Part shown: in pieces, positions 18,950 to 29,298 of the stretch
Numbering within the stretch: position 1 is the first letter of the stretch
How the letters are laid out: each line of letters opens with the position of its first letter
Origin: Myxococcota bacterium
Lineage (GTDB): Bacteria; Myxococcota; JACRCW01
Direction of reading: 5' to 3'
DNA length: 42,245 nt
NCBI GenBank assembly: GCA_040752415.1
Contig: JBFMGU010000068.1
Span: forward strand, 1-42,245
Made by a program: the position numbers and the translations under genes
The notes under the pieces: model-generated
Told to the model about the DNA's origin: nothing
Database searches by the model: none
What the model saw: only the letters and a program-made list of their open reading frames with translations

Positions 18950-20539
18950 TCAGGCGGACCAGGTGGCGTCCAGGAGGCTCCCGTCGCGGTGGCACTTTAC
19001 GCCGTGGTCACGGTTGGCGGCCACATGCTGCAGGATCTTGAACACGGTCTCGGCTTCCGCCGGCGCGCCCACCTCCTGCGCAATCTGCTCGACGGAGAAC
19101 GCCTGACCCTTGTTCGCGCGCAGGTGGCGCAACACCCTGCCCTGCAGGTCCAGCACCGCGGCCGCGGCCTTCTTGCCCGCTTCCACGCCGGGCTGGTGGT
19201 ACGCGTTGATGTTGATGAGGCTCGCGTACAGGCCCACAGCGCGTTCGTACAGCGCAATGAGCTTGCCCACCGTCTCGGGACTGACGTCGGGAACGGTGAC
19301 CGTGATGCTCTCGCGTCCGTTCTCGTACAGCGCACGACGCGTGCCCAGGTAGAAACCCTCCAGGTAATCCCCCGACGTCACTCCGGGTTCCACCTGCAGC
19401 GAACGACCCTTCCGGTCGCGCAGCACCTCGATGAACGTGACGAAGAAGTTGTTCACGCCCTCCCGCAGCTGCTGCACATACGCGTGCTGATCCGTGGAAC
19501 CCTTGTTCCCGTAGACGGCAATGCCCTGGTTGACCACGCGCCCGTCGAGATCCTTCTCCTTGCCCAGCGACTCCATGACGAGCTGCTGCAGGTACCGACT
19601 GAAGAGCTCGAGGCGGTCCTTGTACGGGAGCAGCACCATGTCCTTCTGCCCACGACCATTCCCGGCGTGAAACCACATCAGCGCAAGCAGCGCCGCGGGA
19701 TTCTGCATGACGTCCTTCTCGCGCGTAACCTCGTCCATGGCGCGTGCACCGGCGAGCATGCCGCCAATGTCCAGGCCCTGCAGCGCCGCAGGCAACAGCC
19801 CCACCGCGGACAGCTCCGACGTGCGTCCACCAACCCAGTCCCACATGGGAAACCGCGCCAGCCACTCGCCGGCCACCGCCACCTTGTCCAGCTCACTGCC
19901 TTCCTGCGTCACAGCGACGACGTGACGGTTGAACTTGAGCCCCGCCGCTTCGTACGCGCGCTGGGCCTCCAGCATGCCGTTGCGCGTCTCCTTGGTGCCG
20001 CCGCTCTTCGAGATGACGATGGTGAGCGTCTCCTTCAGCGAGCCCTCGAGCGCCTCGAACACCGCGTCCATTCCGTCGGGGTCGGTGTTGTCCAGGAAGT
20101 ACGGCGTCATCTTGTCCTTCCCGGGCTGCCCCAACGCGCGCGAGACGAACTGCGGGCCCAGCGCGGAGCCACCAATTCCCACGACGAGAACGTTGCTGAA
20201 CTTCGCCGCCTTCTGGGGCTTGACCTTCCCGCCGTGCACCGCGCGCGTGAACTTCCGGATGTCCGCCAGGCAGCTCTGGATGGCCTCGCTGACGACGGGC
20301 TCGGGTGCCAGCGCCGCGTCGCGCAGCCAGTAGTGACCAACCATGCGGTTCTCGTCGGGATTGGCAATGGCGCCGGCCTCCAGCCGTTCCATGGCTTCCA
20401 GCGCGCGCTGCACCTCCGGCGTCTTCTGCTGCAGGAACTCGTCGGTGAAGTTCATGCGACTGATGTCCAGCGTGACTTCCACCGCGTCGCACACCAGCAG
20501 GTACTTCTTGAAACGCGCCCACAAAGCCTGGTTGTCCAT
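18950..20539 (-). CDS. pgi: Glucose-6-phosphate isomerase
   Basis: [51 protein letters not shown]. Confidence 0.96.
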   Translation of the reverse strand: MDNQALWARFKKYLLVCDAVEVTLDISRMNFTDEFLQQKTPEVQRALEAMERLEAGAIANPDENRMVGHYWLRDAALAPEPVVSEAIQSCLADIRKFTRAVHGGKVKPQKAAKFSNVLVVGIGGSALGPQFVSRALGQPGKDKMTPYFLDNTDPDGMDAVFEALEGSLKETLTIVISKSGGTKETRNGMLEAQRAYEAAGLKFNRHVVAVTQEGSELDKVAVAGEWLARFPMWDWVGGRTSELSAVGLLPAALQGLDIGGMLAGARAMDEVTREKDVMQNPAALLALMWFHAGNGRGQKDMVLLPYKDRLELFSRYLQQLVMESLGKEKDLDGRVVNQGIAVYGNKGSTDQHAYVQQLREGVNNFFVTFIEVLRDRKGRSLQVEPGVTSGDYLEGFYLGTRRALYENGRESITVTVPDVSPETVGKLIALYERAVGLYASLININAYHQPGVEAGKKAAAAVLDLQGRVLRHLRANKGQAFSVEQIAQEVGAPAEAETVFKILQHVAANRDHGVKCHRDGSLLDATWSA

Positions 20540-20607
20540 GGCAGCCCCTCGTCGTCGTGGAGACGGGGGCGCACGCTACATGGGGCGGACGCGGTGCCGC
20601 AACGTCG

Positions 20608-22023
20608 TCACGCTGCCAGGCCCACCGCGATGCGGACGTAGTGCATGCCAAAGTAGAGGACGAACGCCACGGCGGACGCAGCCATCATCGGGTGGACCTC
20701 GCGCACCTTGCCGCGCAGCAGCTTGATGACGGTGAACGCCACGAAGCCCGCGCCAATTCCGTTGGTGATGGAATAGGTGAACGGCATCATCACCATGGTG
20801 AGGAAGGCGGGGAAGGCCACGTCGCCGTCGTCCCAGGGGATGCTGCGGACCATGGGCATCATCAGGAATCCCACCACCACCAGGGCGGGACCCGTGGCCT
20901 GCGACGGCACCACGTCGGCCATCGGCCAGAGGAAGATGGAGAGCAGGAACAACAGCGCCGTCACCACGCTGGTCAGTCCCGTCCGACCACCCTCCTCAAT
21001 CCCCGACGCACTCTCGATGTACGTGGTGTTCGACGACGCGCTGAACGCGCCCCCCAACACCGCGGCCAGGCTGTCCACCAGGAGCACACGGTTGGCGCGG
21101 GGCAGTCGGCCTTCCTCGTCGAGAAACCCGGCGCGCGTGCCCAGTCCGATCACCGTGCCCATGGTGTCGAAGAAGTCCCCGAGCATGATGGTGAACACGG
21201 CCAGGCACGCGCCGAGCACACCCATGGTGCGGAAGAAGTCGAACGAGAACGCGCCCACCAGCGAGAAGTTCTCCGACGTGGGAACGGCCACCAGCTGCAG
21301 CGGGATCCGCGCCACCGCGGAATCCGCACCCCACGCCTTCCCGCCCATGATCTCGTTGACGACGATGGCGAGCACCGTGCTGACCAGGATGCCGATGAGC
21401 AGCGCACCGCGCACCCGTCGTGCGACGAGGTATCCGGTCAGGAACAGTCCGACGACAAACACACCCATGGGCGCGCCGATGATCTCTCCGCCCTTGCCCA
21501 GCTCCACGCGCAGCTCCGGCGCCGCGGGCTTCCCCACGAACCCGCTGGTGACGAAACCAATGAACGCAATGAACAGCCCGATCCCGACGCCAATGGCCTG
21601 CTTCAGCGCCAGCGGGATCGCGTGCATGACCGCTTCGCGGAAGCCGGTGAGGACCAGCACGGTGATGGCCACGCCCTCCACCACGACGACACCCATGGCC
21701 TCCGGCCACGTCAGCCCCTGCACCGCCACCAATTGGAACGCCACCACGGCGTTGAGACCCATGCCCGCCGCCAGCGCGAAGGGATGGTTCGCGTACAGGC
21801 CCATGGCCGCGGTGGCGATGGCCGCGCTCAACGCCGTCACGGTGAGCACCTGCGCGAACGGCAGCTTGTTTCCCAACCGGTCCGTGACGGAGCCCAGCAG
21901 CCCTGCATTCACGAACAGGACGTACGCCATGGTCATGAACGTGGTGATTCCGCCGGTGACCTCGTTGCGCAGCGTCGTGCCACGCGACCGCAGCTTGAAA
22001 ACCCGCTCCAGGATGCTCTCCAT
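20608..22023 (-). CDS. NCS2 / AzgA-family purine nucleobase permease
   Basis: EVTGGITTFMTMAYVLFVN, GMGLNA, DFFDTMGT, YIESASGIEEGGRTGLT, MPFTYSITNGI; GGAGGGG RBS before MESILE. Confidence 0.92.
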   Translation of the reverse strand: MESILERVFKLRSRGTTLRNEVTGGITTFMTMAYVLFVNAGLLGSVTDRLGNKLPFAQVLTVTALSAAIATAAMGLYANHPFALAAGMGLNAVVAFQLVAVQGLTWPEAMGVVVVEGVAITVLVLTGFREAVMHAIPLALKQAIGVGIGLFIAFIGFVTSGFVGKPAAPELRVELGKGGEIIGAPMGVFVVGLFLTGYLVARRVRGALLIGILVSTVLAIVVNEIMGGKAWGADSAVARIPLQLVAVPTSENFSLVGAFSFDFFRTMGVLGACLAVFTIMLGDFFDTMGTVIGLGTRAGFLDEEGRLPRANRVLLVDSLAAVLGGAFSASSNTTYIESASGIEEGGRTGLTSVVTALLFLLSIFLWPMADVVPSQATGPALVVVGFLMMPMVRSIPWDDGDVAFPAFLTMVMMPFTYSITNGIGAGFVAFTVIKLLRGKVREVHPMMAASAVAFVLYFGMHYVRIAVGLAA

Positions 22024-22095
22024 GGCCCCTCCGCGTGGGGTTGTGCCGGGAAGGTGCACTCGAGGTCAACGTTGATCCAAACCGGTGCAGTGCGT

Positions 22096-22112
22096 TGCAC
22101 CAGGATGGCGCA
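22096..22112. promoter_or_regulatory. NtrC-like enhancer palindrome
   Basis: TGCACCAGGATGGCGCA vs NtrC consensus TGCACCA-N3-TGGTGCA (one mismatch). Confidence 0.45.
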
Positions 22113-22151
22113 AAGCGCACGGTCTCCGTCGTGGATTCGCAACGGTTTCGT

Positions 22152-22167
22152 CGGCATGGCGGCTGCA
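22152..22167 (+). promoter_or_regulatory. Putative sigma54 (-24/-12) promoter
   Basis: CGGCATGGCGGCTGCA with exact GG-N10-GC spacing, followed by AGGAGG. Confidence 0.45.
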
Positions 22168-22197
22168 CACGTGCTGGGTAGGAGGATGGGACCCGCC

Positions 22198-23835
22198 ATG
22201 GAGCTCATGAATCCAGATGTGCGCAGGACGCTTCCCGACTCCCTGGGGGAACGGGCTAGCATGCCTCGGCCCATGACCCTTCCCGCCGGAGAACGCGACA
22301 GTGCCGTGCTCCTCGCCGTGAGCGAGCTGCTGGGTCGTGAGGTGGCGCTGGAGGACCTGCTGAGGACGTTGATTGACCGCGTCCGCACGGCCATGGGCGC
22401 AGACCGTTGCACGCTGTACCTGATGGACCGCGGCAAGGAGGAGCTGTTCTCCAAGGCCGCGCACCTGCCGGAGCTGCCGGAAATCCGACTCAAGCTCGGC
22501 CAGGGCGTGGCGGGTCACGTGGCGGCCACCGGTGAGGTCGTCAACGTCCCCACCACCAGCAGTGACAAGCGGTTCTTCCGCGGTGTCGACGAGAAAACGG
22601 GCTACCGCACGGAGTCCATCCTCGCCGCGCCCATGGCGGACCGCAACGGCAACATCATTGGCGTGGTGCAGCTGCTCAACAAGCTGGGCGGCGGCCCGTT
22701 CACGCGTGACGACGAGCAGGCGCTGGCGCAACTGGCCGCGCAGGCGGCCATGGCCATTGAAGCCACCACGCTCTACAGCCAGCTCTTCCGTCCCGCCGAC
22801 GAGGCCAAGGAGTCCCTCCCGCTCTCCGACCGCTTCAACCGCATCATCGGCGAGAGCGAGCCCATGCGGCAGGTCTACCGTCTCACGACGAAGGCCGCCG
22901 CCAGCCAGGCCACCGTCCTCATCCGCGGCGAGAGCGGCACCGGCAAGGAGATGTTCGCGCGCGCGGTGCACGTGAACTCGCCACGTCGGGACGGGCCGTT
23001 CGTGAAGGTGGATTGCGCGGCGCTCCCGGCGTCCCTCATCGAGAACGAGCTGTTTGGCCACGAGCGCGGCGCGTACACCGGCGCGGACCAGCGATCCACC
23101 GGCAAGTTCGACGCGGCGCAGGGCGGAACCATCTTCCTCGACGAGCTGGGCGAGCTCCCGTTGGCGGTGCAGGGCAAGCTGCTTCGCGTGCTGCAGGACC
23201 GCGAGTTTGACCGCGTGGGTGGCAGCAAGAGCGTGAAAGCCGACGTGCGCGTGGTGGCGGCCACCAACCGTGACCTCGAGAAGCTGGTGGCGGAAGGCAC
23301 GTTCCGCGCGGACCTGTACTACCGCATCAAGGTGGTGGAGATCCGGCTCCCGCCGCTGCGTGAGCGCGGTGGTGACGACGTGCTCCGCCTGGCGCGCCAC
23401 TTCGTGACCATGGCGGCCAAGCGTCACGGTCGGACGGTGCCGGTGATCTCGCCCGCGGCGGCGCGGAGGCTGACGTCGTACCCGTGGCCGGGGAACGTGC
23501 GTGAGTTGGAGAACTGCATGGAGAGCGCCGTGGTCATCATGGATGGCCCGGAGATGCTCCCCGAGCACCTGCCGTTGCCGGACCGTGTGCCCGCGGTTCA
23601 CCACGGTGCCGCGCCCACGTCGTCACGGCCGTCTCCCATGGAGCCACCGCCGCTTGATCACGCGCCGCGCCAGGCCGCTGATGACGACGACATCCGCACG
23701 CTGGAGGAAGTGGAGCGTGAGCACATCCTGAAGGTGCTCGCCAAGGCGGGGAACAACCGCAGCAAGGCGGCGGAGCTTCTCGGGATTGGTCGGAACACGC
23801 TGGCGCGCAAGCTGAAGGACTACGGGATTCCCTGA
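22198..23835 (+). CDS. Sigma54-dependent enhancer-binding protein (GAF-AAA+-Fis HTH)
   Basis: GAF with NKLGGGPFTRDDE; GESGTGKE, ELFGHERGAYTGA, FLDELGE, WPGNVRELEN; HTH NRSKAAELLGIGRNTLARKL. Start uncertain (22198-22273). Confidence 0.92.
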   Translation: MELMNPDVRRTLPDSLGERASMPRPMTLPAGERDSAVLLAVSELLGREVALEDLLRTLIDRVRTAMGADRCTLYLMDRGKEELFSKAAHLPELPEIRLKLGQGVAGHVAATGEVVNVPTTSSDKRFFRGVDEKTGYRTESILAAPMADRNGNIIGVVQLLNKLGGGPFTRDDEQALAQLAAQAAMAIEATTLYSQLFRPADEAKESLPLSDRFNRIIGESEPMRQVYRLTTKAAASQATVLIRGESGTGKEMFARAVHVNSPRRDGPFVKVDCAALPASLIENELFGHERGAYTGADQRSTGKFDAAQGGTIFLDELGELPLAVQGKLLRVLQDREFDRVGGSKSVKADVRVVAATNRDLEKLVAEGTFRADLYYRIKVVEIRLPPLRERGGDDVLRLARHFVTMAAKRHGRTVPVISPAAARRLTSYPWPGNVRELENCMESAVVIMDGPEMLPEHLPLPDRVPAVHHGAAPTSSRPSPMEPPPLDHAPRQAADDDDIRTLEEVEREHILKVLAKAGNNRSKAAELLGIGRNTLARKLKDYGIP

Positions 23836-24771
23836 TCAGAAACACACGCCCTGCCCCTTGGGCACGCGCTCCTTCACGACCCGCATGAGCAGATCGACGT
23901 CGTCGGAGATGATGCCGTCCACGCCGTTGGCAATGACGTCGAGCATCACCTGCTCTTCGTTGATGGTCCACGGAATGACCGCAATGCCCTTGGCGTGCGC
24001 CGCGTTCACCAGCGACGCGCTCGCCAGGTGCCACTCCGGACTCAGCACCGCCGCGCCGATCTCCGCCGCGCGCGCCACCGGATCGCCCAGCAGCTTCTCG
24101 TAGATCACCGCCCACCTGTCTCCACCGACGAGCAGTGAGGTTCGCAGCTTGCTCCCCATCTTCTTCAGCGCCACGAGGGTCCGCGGATCAAAGCTCTGCA
24201 CCACGGACCGCTCGACGACATTCGCCTCGCGCAGCGCCTTGTCCACCAGCTCCGCGAACTTCTCCGGCGTCGGCGTGAGGGACGGATCCCATTCCGGGTC
24301 GATCTTGGTCTCGATGTTGTAACGCGTGTTCCCGCCGCCCATGCGCTCGGCGAGCTCGAGGACGGATGCCAGCGTCGGCGGCGGTGTCTTGGGGACAGGC
24401 TGCTGCGCGGGGAAACGCGCGTTCTTCAACGTGCCGCAGTCGTACTGCTGGAGCTGTTGCACAGTGAGGCTGCGGATGGGGACGTTATCCGCGGGCTTTC
24501 CGTCGGGAGTCAGGCATCGCTCGGGGAGCAGGTGCGGGTCGTGGGAGAGGACCAGCACGTCGTCCTGCGTGACGGAGAGGTCCAGCTCCAGCGTGCGCAC
24601 GCCCTTCTGCAGCGCGTACTCCATCGCCGGCAGTGTGTTCTCGGGGCGTTGCGCGCGGGCACCGCGATGGCCCTGCGCGTCAAAGACGGGGTTGGCACAC
24701 GGCGGCCAGCCCTTGGGCGTTTCCGACGAGCACGCGACGGTGAGCAACGCGATGGGAATGAGATGGCGCAT
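23836..24771 (-). CDS. Glycerophosphodiester phosphodiesterase lipoprotein
   Basis: Lipobox TVAC; QGHRGARAQRPENTL, LELD, VLSHDP, NIETK, VQSFD, GVDGIISD. Confidence 0.92.
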   Translation of the reverse strand: MRHLIPIALLTVACSSETPKGWPPCANPVFDAQGHRGARAQRPENTLPAMEYALQKGVRTLELDLSVTQDDVLVLSHDPHLLPERCLTPDGKPADNVPIRSLTVQQLQQYDCGTLKNARFPAQQPVPKTPPPTLASVLELAERMGGGNTRYNIETKIDPEWDPSLTPTPEKFAELVDKALREANVVERSVVQSFDPRTLVALKKMGSKLRTSLLVGGDRWAVIYEKLLGDPVARAAEIGAAVLSPEWHLASASLVNAAHAKGIAVIPWTINEEQVMLDVIANGVDGIISDDVDLLMRVVKERVPKGQGVCF

Positions 24772-24777
24772 GGGGTT

Positions 24778-27702
24778 TCACGGGAATGGAGGGAAGCAGG
24801 GAGGCGTGATGACGACGACACCGGTGTTGCCACCAACCACGATCCGCGCTCCGGCGACAACACCGCTGATGGGCGACTGCGGGGTTTCCAGCTGACCGGC
24901 AACCGCGGGCGGAGTGCGCGAGGTATCGACGAAAGCCACGCCGGTTCTCGTCGTCACGAACGCGTTCCGGCCGTCAAACGCGAGGAAGTGATTGGACTCC
25001 GGGACGTCCACTTCGCCAAGGACGTTGATGGTTTGCTCCGCCCCCAACGTCAGCGCGAACGTCCGCAGCTTCTGCCCAACGAAGAACTGGCGCGGAAGTT
25101 CCTCGGCGTTCTCGAGCGTGACGATGGTGGTGCCGGAGATGGCCACGCTCTGCAGATATCGTCCATCGTCAAGCCTGAGGAACGCGAGGAGCGTCAGGGC
25201 CTCGTTGGCGACGTCGAGCACGACGAGCTCCGCGTGGCTACCGAGGTTGAGCGCGATGACGATGCGCTTGTTGAACGCGTCCAACCCAAGCGCCATGCCC
25301 TCCTCACTCGTGAACTCACCCGACGTGGGAATCTCCATGCCCGAGACGACATCCCAGCTCCTCTCGAACGAAGCGGGCTCGTCGTTGAGCTTGACGATTT
25401 CCGCATTCACCCGCGGCGCGCCCTGCCGCACTCCCACGGAGTAGATGACGTTTCCATCCCCGCGCATGTAGCGCCGCCCGTCGTCGGGGAACTGGACCTG
25501 GCCAATGATGTTGGGCCGGGTGGGGTCGACCACGTCGGTCCACGTGAGGATTCCACCGGTTTCAGTGGTGACCACCATCGGGTCCGGCGCGTTGAACTTC
25601 GCGGGCACCAGGTGCAGTGGCCCCACGCCGTCCTCGGCAAGTCCCAAGAGCGGGCTGACGACGTCGAGCGCCCCGCCTGCCACCAGCGTGGGCGGGTTGT
25701 TTCCGCTGATGCTGACCTGGTGCACCGCACGTGAATGGAGCGCCAGCGCGCCGCCGGTGATCGAGACAATGGAGTGAACCGCGCCGTGGGCATCACCGGT
25801 GAGTCGCACCAGCGCCTGTTCCACGACGTCAACCTGGAACACCTGCGCGCCCCGCTCCTCGGAGCCGTTGATTCCAACCAGGCCACCGCCCGCCCAGATC
25901 GTCGTCGACGCGTCAAAGGGGTCGCGCGGATCGCTGAGCAGGAGGTCCGCCACCATCGTCGGCGCGGCGGGATCAGCAACATCCCACCAGCGCAGGTACA
26001 CCTCACTTTGGGGCCCCTGCCCCACGCGCCTGAGCGCAAAGACATGGTTGCCGTCGGCGGCGAGCGCAAAGAAGCCATCCTCCAACTCGTTCCACGACGT
26101 GTAGACCAGGGAGAAATCCTCGGGATCGACGATGCTGAACGACAGCCGATCCGAATCCGGTGTCCCCGGCCCGAAAGTCGCCCAGAGAGCGCCCACAGGA
26201 ACGACGGGCCCCGCGAAAGGCCCCTGGGTCCTCACTCCGTCGGTAGAGAGCGCCCCGGGGGCCGTAATGTCGGCGGTGAAGTGGCTCCAGGCCGCCAACC
26301 ACAGCAGACGGCTCCGCGCGGTGTCGACGAAGATGCCGTTGAAGGCGGGGTCGTCGAACACAAGCGTATCCAACAGCACAGGTGCGAAGGGATTGGCGAC
26401 GTCGACGGAGACCAGCGTCTGATCGACAGCCACGTACGCGACGCTGTCTGCAATGGCCACGTCATAGACCTGCGGGTTCGTCACCGGCACATCCAGGGCC
26501 ACGCCCTCTTCGACGTCGCCGTCGGCCAGGAACCGGAACGCCTTGATGTGCACCACCGGCTCCGTGACGTCCTCACGCACCTGCAGCAGCATGTCGCTCC
26601 CGAGCGGACGAACCAGGAACCGGCCGCCGTCCTCGTCGTCCTGCTCCGTCTTGACGTGCTTCAGGCGTCCTTCCTCCACGGTCACCACCGAGTACGCCAG
26701 CTTCCCGCCCGGCCCCTGCCCGTACGGCCAGGCCTCGTCGACAAACACCATGCGCGGCCCCGGCAGGACCACAGCCTGGCTGCGCGCACCGCCGAACGTC
26801 GGGAGCACGGCGTCGATCTCCGGCTCCCGGTCCTCCCGCACGCCCACGCACGCGCCACCCGTGCACTTGTCGCCGATGGTGCAGAAGTCTCCGTCGAAGC
26901 ACGGCGTCCCCTCGGGGACCGGGTAGCTGTTGCACTCCGCGTCAAAACACAGCTTCAGCGAGTTGCACCCGTCCTGCGGTCCACACACCGACCCATTGGG
27001 AAGCACCGGGTTGCGACACCCCACGTTCGGCTCGCAGATGTCCGCCGTGCACGGTTCTCCGTCGGAGCATGCCGCGTTGTTGGGGATGTACACGCAGCCG
27101 GTGAGCTGGTCGCAGTAGTCGTCGGTGCAATCCGTGCCGTCGGCACAGTTCACGCCCACGCCCAGGCACTGCCCGTTGCTGCACGTGTCGTCGATGGTGC
27201 AGGCGCTTCCGTCGTCACAGGGGCGCACCGGGTAGAAGTACTTGCATTGCCCTTCCAGCAGATCGAACAGCTCGTCGGTGCAGGGGTTGTTGTCCTCGCA
27301 GGACGGGATGTCCTCGGCCTCGCCGGTCAGGCGGATGCGCAGCGTGGGCTGATTCACCGAGCTGTTCTCGACGACAATGGCGCCCTCCACACGTCCCGCC
27401 GCCTCCGGCGAATACGTCACCGTGAGCACAAGCTCTTCACCGGGGGTGAGCCGGTCGTCGTTGGCGGGGGCCATGCTCAGCTCGGGTGGGCCCTCCAGGG
27501 CCACGCGGGTGAGTCTGACGTCGCCGTTGCCGGAGCTGCGCACGTTCACCGTCCGGGTGACCGGCAGCGTCACGTAGGTCCTGCCAAAGTCCACCTGGTC
27601 AGTCGACGACGTCACCAGCGGCGTGGTCTGGCTCAGCCCGGTCTGCGGGTCCTCTGGACAGCCCACCAGGACGGCCAGTGACGCCAGGAGCGCGCGACGC
27701 AC
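24778..27702 (-). CDS. Large surface lipoprotein: Ig-like domain, Cys-rich repeats, LVIVD-like beta-propeller
   Basis: GTG start, VRRALLASLAVLVGC lipobox; DFG..V..L.PGE..Y.P Ig-like segment; about 5 CxDGxxCTxD repeats; VDVANPFAPVLL, WDVADPAAP, DVVDPTRPNIIG. Confidence 0.8.
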   Translation of the reverse strand: MRRALLASLAVLVGCPEDPQTGLSQTTPLVTSSTDQVDFGRTYVTLPVTRTVNVRSSGNGDVRLTRVALEGPPELSMAPANDDRLTPGEELVLTVTYSPEAAGRVEGAIVVENSSVNQPTLRIRLTGEAEDIPSCEDNNPCTDELFDLLEGQCKYFYPVRPCDDGSACTIDDTCSNGQCLGVGVNCADGTDCTDDYCDQLTGCVYIPNNAACSDGEPCTADICEPNVGCRNPVLPNGSVCGPQDGCNSLKLCFDAECNSYPVPEGTPCFDGDFCTIGDKCTGGACVGVREDREPEIDAVLPTFGGARSQAVVLPGPRMVFVDEAWPYGQGPGGKLAYSVVTVEEGRLKHVKTEQDDEDGGRFLVRPLGSDMLLQVREDVTEPVVHIKAFRFLADGDVEEGVALDVPVTNPQVYDVAIADSVAYVAVDQTLVSVDVANPFAPVLLDTLVFDDPAFNGIFVDTARSRLLWLAAWSHFTADITAPGALSTDGVRTQGPFAGPVVPVGALWATFGPGTPDSDRLSFSIVDPEDFSLVYTSWNELEDGFFALAADGNHVFALRRVGQGPQSEVYLRWWDVADPAAPTMVADLLLSDPRDPFDASTTIWAGGGLVGINGSEERGAQVFQVDVVEQALVRLTGDAHGAVHSIVSITGGALALHSRAVHQVSISGNNPPTLVAGGALDVVSPLLGLAEDGVGPLHLVPAKFNAPDPMVVTTETGGILTWTDVVDPTRPNIIGQVQFPDDGRRYMRGDGNVIYSVGVRQGAPRVNAEIVKLNDEPASFERSWDVVSGMEIPTSGEFTSEEGMALGLDAFNKRIVIALNLGSHAELVVLDVANEALTLLAFLRLDDGRYLQSVAISGTTIVTLENAEELPRQFFVGQKLRTFALTLGAEQTINVLGEVDVPESNHFLAFDGRNAFVTTRTGVAFVDTSRTPPAVAGQLETPQSPISGVVAGARIVVGGNTGVVVITPPCFPPFP

Positions 27703-27709
27703 GAGTGAC

Positions 27710-28453
27710 TCACTGGATGCCCAGCTTGTCGTCGTCATTGTCCGGCGGAGGCAGCGGCCGCGGCACCACCCGGCGCGCCACGTCGGGGAACGCCTTCTCG
27801 CACGCGCGCCCCACCGTCATCAGCTCGGCCAGCACCAGGCTCAGCACGGAGTGCGTGTCGTCGAGGACCAGGCGGGAGCGCAGCTCCGTGTGCTTGGCCC
27901 GCGCCAACGCACGCACGCTCTCCGTCAGCAGGTTGCACGCGTTCTCCGCGTCCCGACCGCCCAGCAGCTGCAGCGCCTCCTCCCAGCGCGGCAACGCGTC
28001 CAGGGCGCGCGGGTCCAGCTCCGTGCTGTAGCTCTCGTCGCCAATGACCTCACCGTCTTCTTCCACGCCGGCGTCGGAGAGCACGCGGAACGCGGCGCGC
28101 ATCTGGTCCTTGAGGTTGGCCGTGCTGGCCGCCACCTGGTAGCTCGCGTGTTGCAGCGCGCTGAGCTCCTCCAGCGCCTCGTCGAGGAGCGGACCCAGGC
28201 GGCACAGGGAGCGACGGAGACGTTCCCCCATCAACCCGGCCAGCGGGTGCCCGTCGGCCTCCAGGGCCTCCGCGTGGGGTGCCACCACGGCCATGAGACG
28301 CGGCATGACGTCGTGGAGGCGGTCCACGGGCCACATGTTCTCGTCGTAGAGGGAGACGCGGCGGGTGCGCTTCCGACGGGGACGCACCGAGCGCTCTGGC
28401 GTCTCCTTGGCTGCTGCTGTGCTCTTGGACCGGGAGGTGCGCGGACGGGCCAT
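27710..28453 (-). CDS. Hypothetical protein (basic N-terminus, helical core)
   Basis: ATG with upstream purine tract; normal composition; co-oriented and closely spaced with neighbours. Confidence 0.65.
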   Translation of the reverse strand: MARPRTSRSKSTAAAKETPERSVRPRRKRTRRVSLYDENMWPVDRLHDVMPRLMAVVAPHAEALEADGHPLAGLMGERLRRSLCRLGPLLDEALEELSALQHASYQVAASTANLKDQMRAAFRVLSDAGVEEDGEVIGDESYSTELDPRALDALPRWEEALQLLGGRDAENACNLLTESVRALARAKHTELRSRLVLDDTHSVLSLVLAELMTVGRACEKAFPDVARRVVPRPLPPPDNDDDKLGIQ

Positions 28454-28492
28454 GGCCCTTGAGGTATCACGCGGGAACGCCGCGCAACACCG

Positions 28493-29197
28493 TTATTCTC
28501 GCCGCTGCGGCGCCAGCGGGAGCTCCGCGTCACGCGCGGTGAAGCGGTGCGAGCCGGACTTGACTCTCGGCAACACCTCTAGCAGCCGCTGGAAGTCCTC
28601 CGGTCGGTCCGCAAAGTTCAGCTCCGCGGTGTCCACCACCAGCAGCGGCGTCTCCGTGTAGTGCGCAAAGAAGCGCTGGTACGCCGTCACCAGGCTCTCC
28701 AGGTACGCCACGTCCATGTTGCGCTCAAAGCTGCGCCCACGCCGCTTGATGCGGCCCAGGATGGACTCCAGCGGCGCCTGCAGGAACACCACGAGGTCGG
28801 GCTTGGGCACGCGCGTGTTGAGCACGTCGTAGATCTGCCCGTAGAGCGCCAGCTCACTGCTGTTGAGCGTCAGCTCCGCGAAGATACGGTCCTTGGCAAA
28901 GAGGTAGTCGCTGACCGTGCCGCGGCTGAACAGCTCGTCCTGGATCAGCGTCTCCTGCTGCTTGTAGCGGCTGAGCAGGAAGAAGAGCTGCGTCTTGAGC
29001 GCGTGGGCATCCCGGTCCTGGTAGAAGAGCGGGAGGAACGGATTCTCCTCGACGATCTCCAGGTTCAGCCGCGCGCCCATGTGTCGCGCCAGCAGGTGGG
29101 CCAGCGTGGTCTTTCCCACGCCAATGCAACCTTCCAGGGCAATGTAACGTTGGCGGATCAACGGACGGCTCGCGGCAGCGGGCGAGTGCTGTAACAC
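28493..29197 (-). CDS. Deoxynucleoside kinase (dAK/dGK family)
   Basis: IALEGCIGVGKTT P-loop; EENPFLPLFY; QLFFLLSR; SDYLFAKDRIFA; RIKRRGRSFE. Start uncertain. Confidence 0.9.
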   Translation of the reverse strand: MLQHSPAAASRPLIRQRYIALEGCIGVGKTTLAHLLARHMGARLNLEIVEENPFLPLFYQDRDAHALKTQLFFLLSRYKQQETLIQDELFSRGTVSDYLFAKDRIFAELTLNSSELALYGQIYDVLNTRVPKPDLVVFLQAPLESILGRIKRRGRSFERNMDVAYLESLVTAYQRFFAHYTETPLLVVDTAELNFADRPEDFQRLLEVLPRVKSGSHRFTARDAELPLAPQRRE

Positions 29198-29298
29198 AGC
29201 CGCGCCGCGGATGGGCGGCCTCCCGCGCGGATTCTGGGAGCCCTTGCACCCCGCGCATTTTTGGCTAGAGCCACCCGGGCCCCCTTTCGGAGCCTGCC

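Noticed and set aside
20557..22197. Apparent 547-aa N-terminal extension of the sigma54 activator (1092-aa ORF)
   Set aside because: It is the antisense of the NCS2 permease; the RBS and promoter lie at 22150-22200
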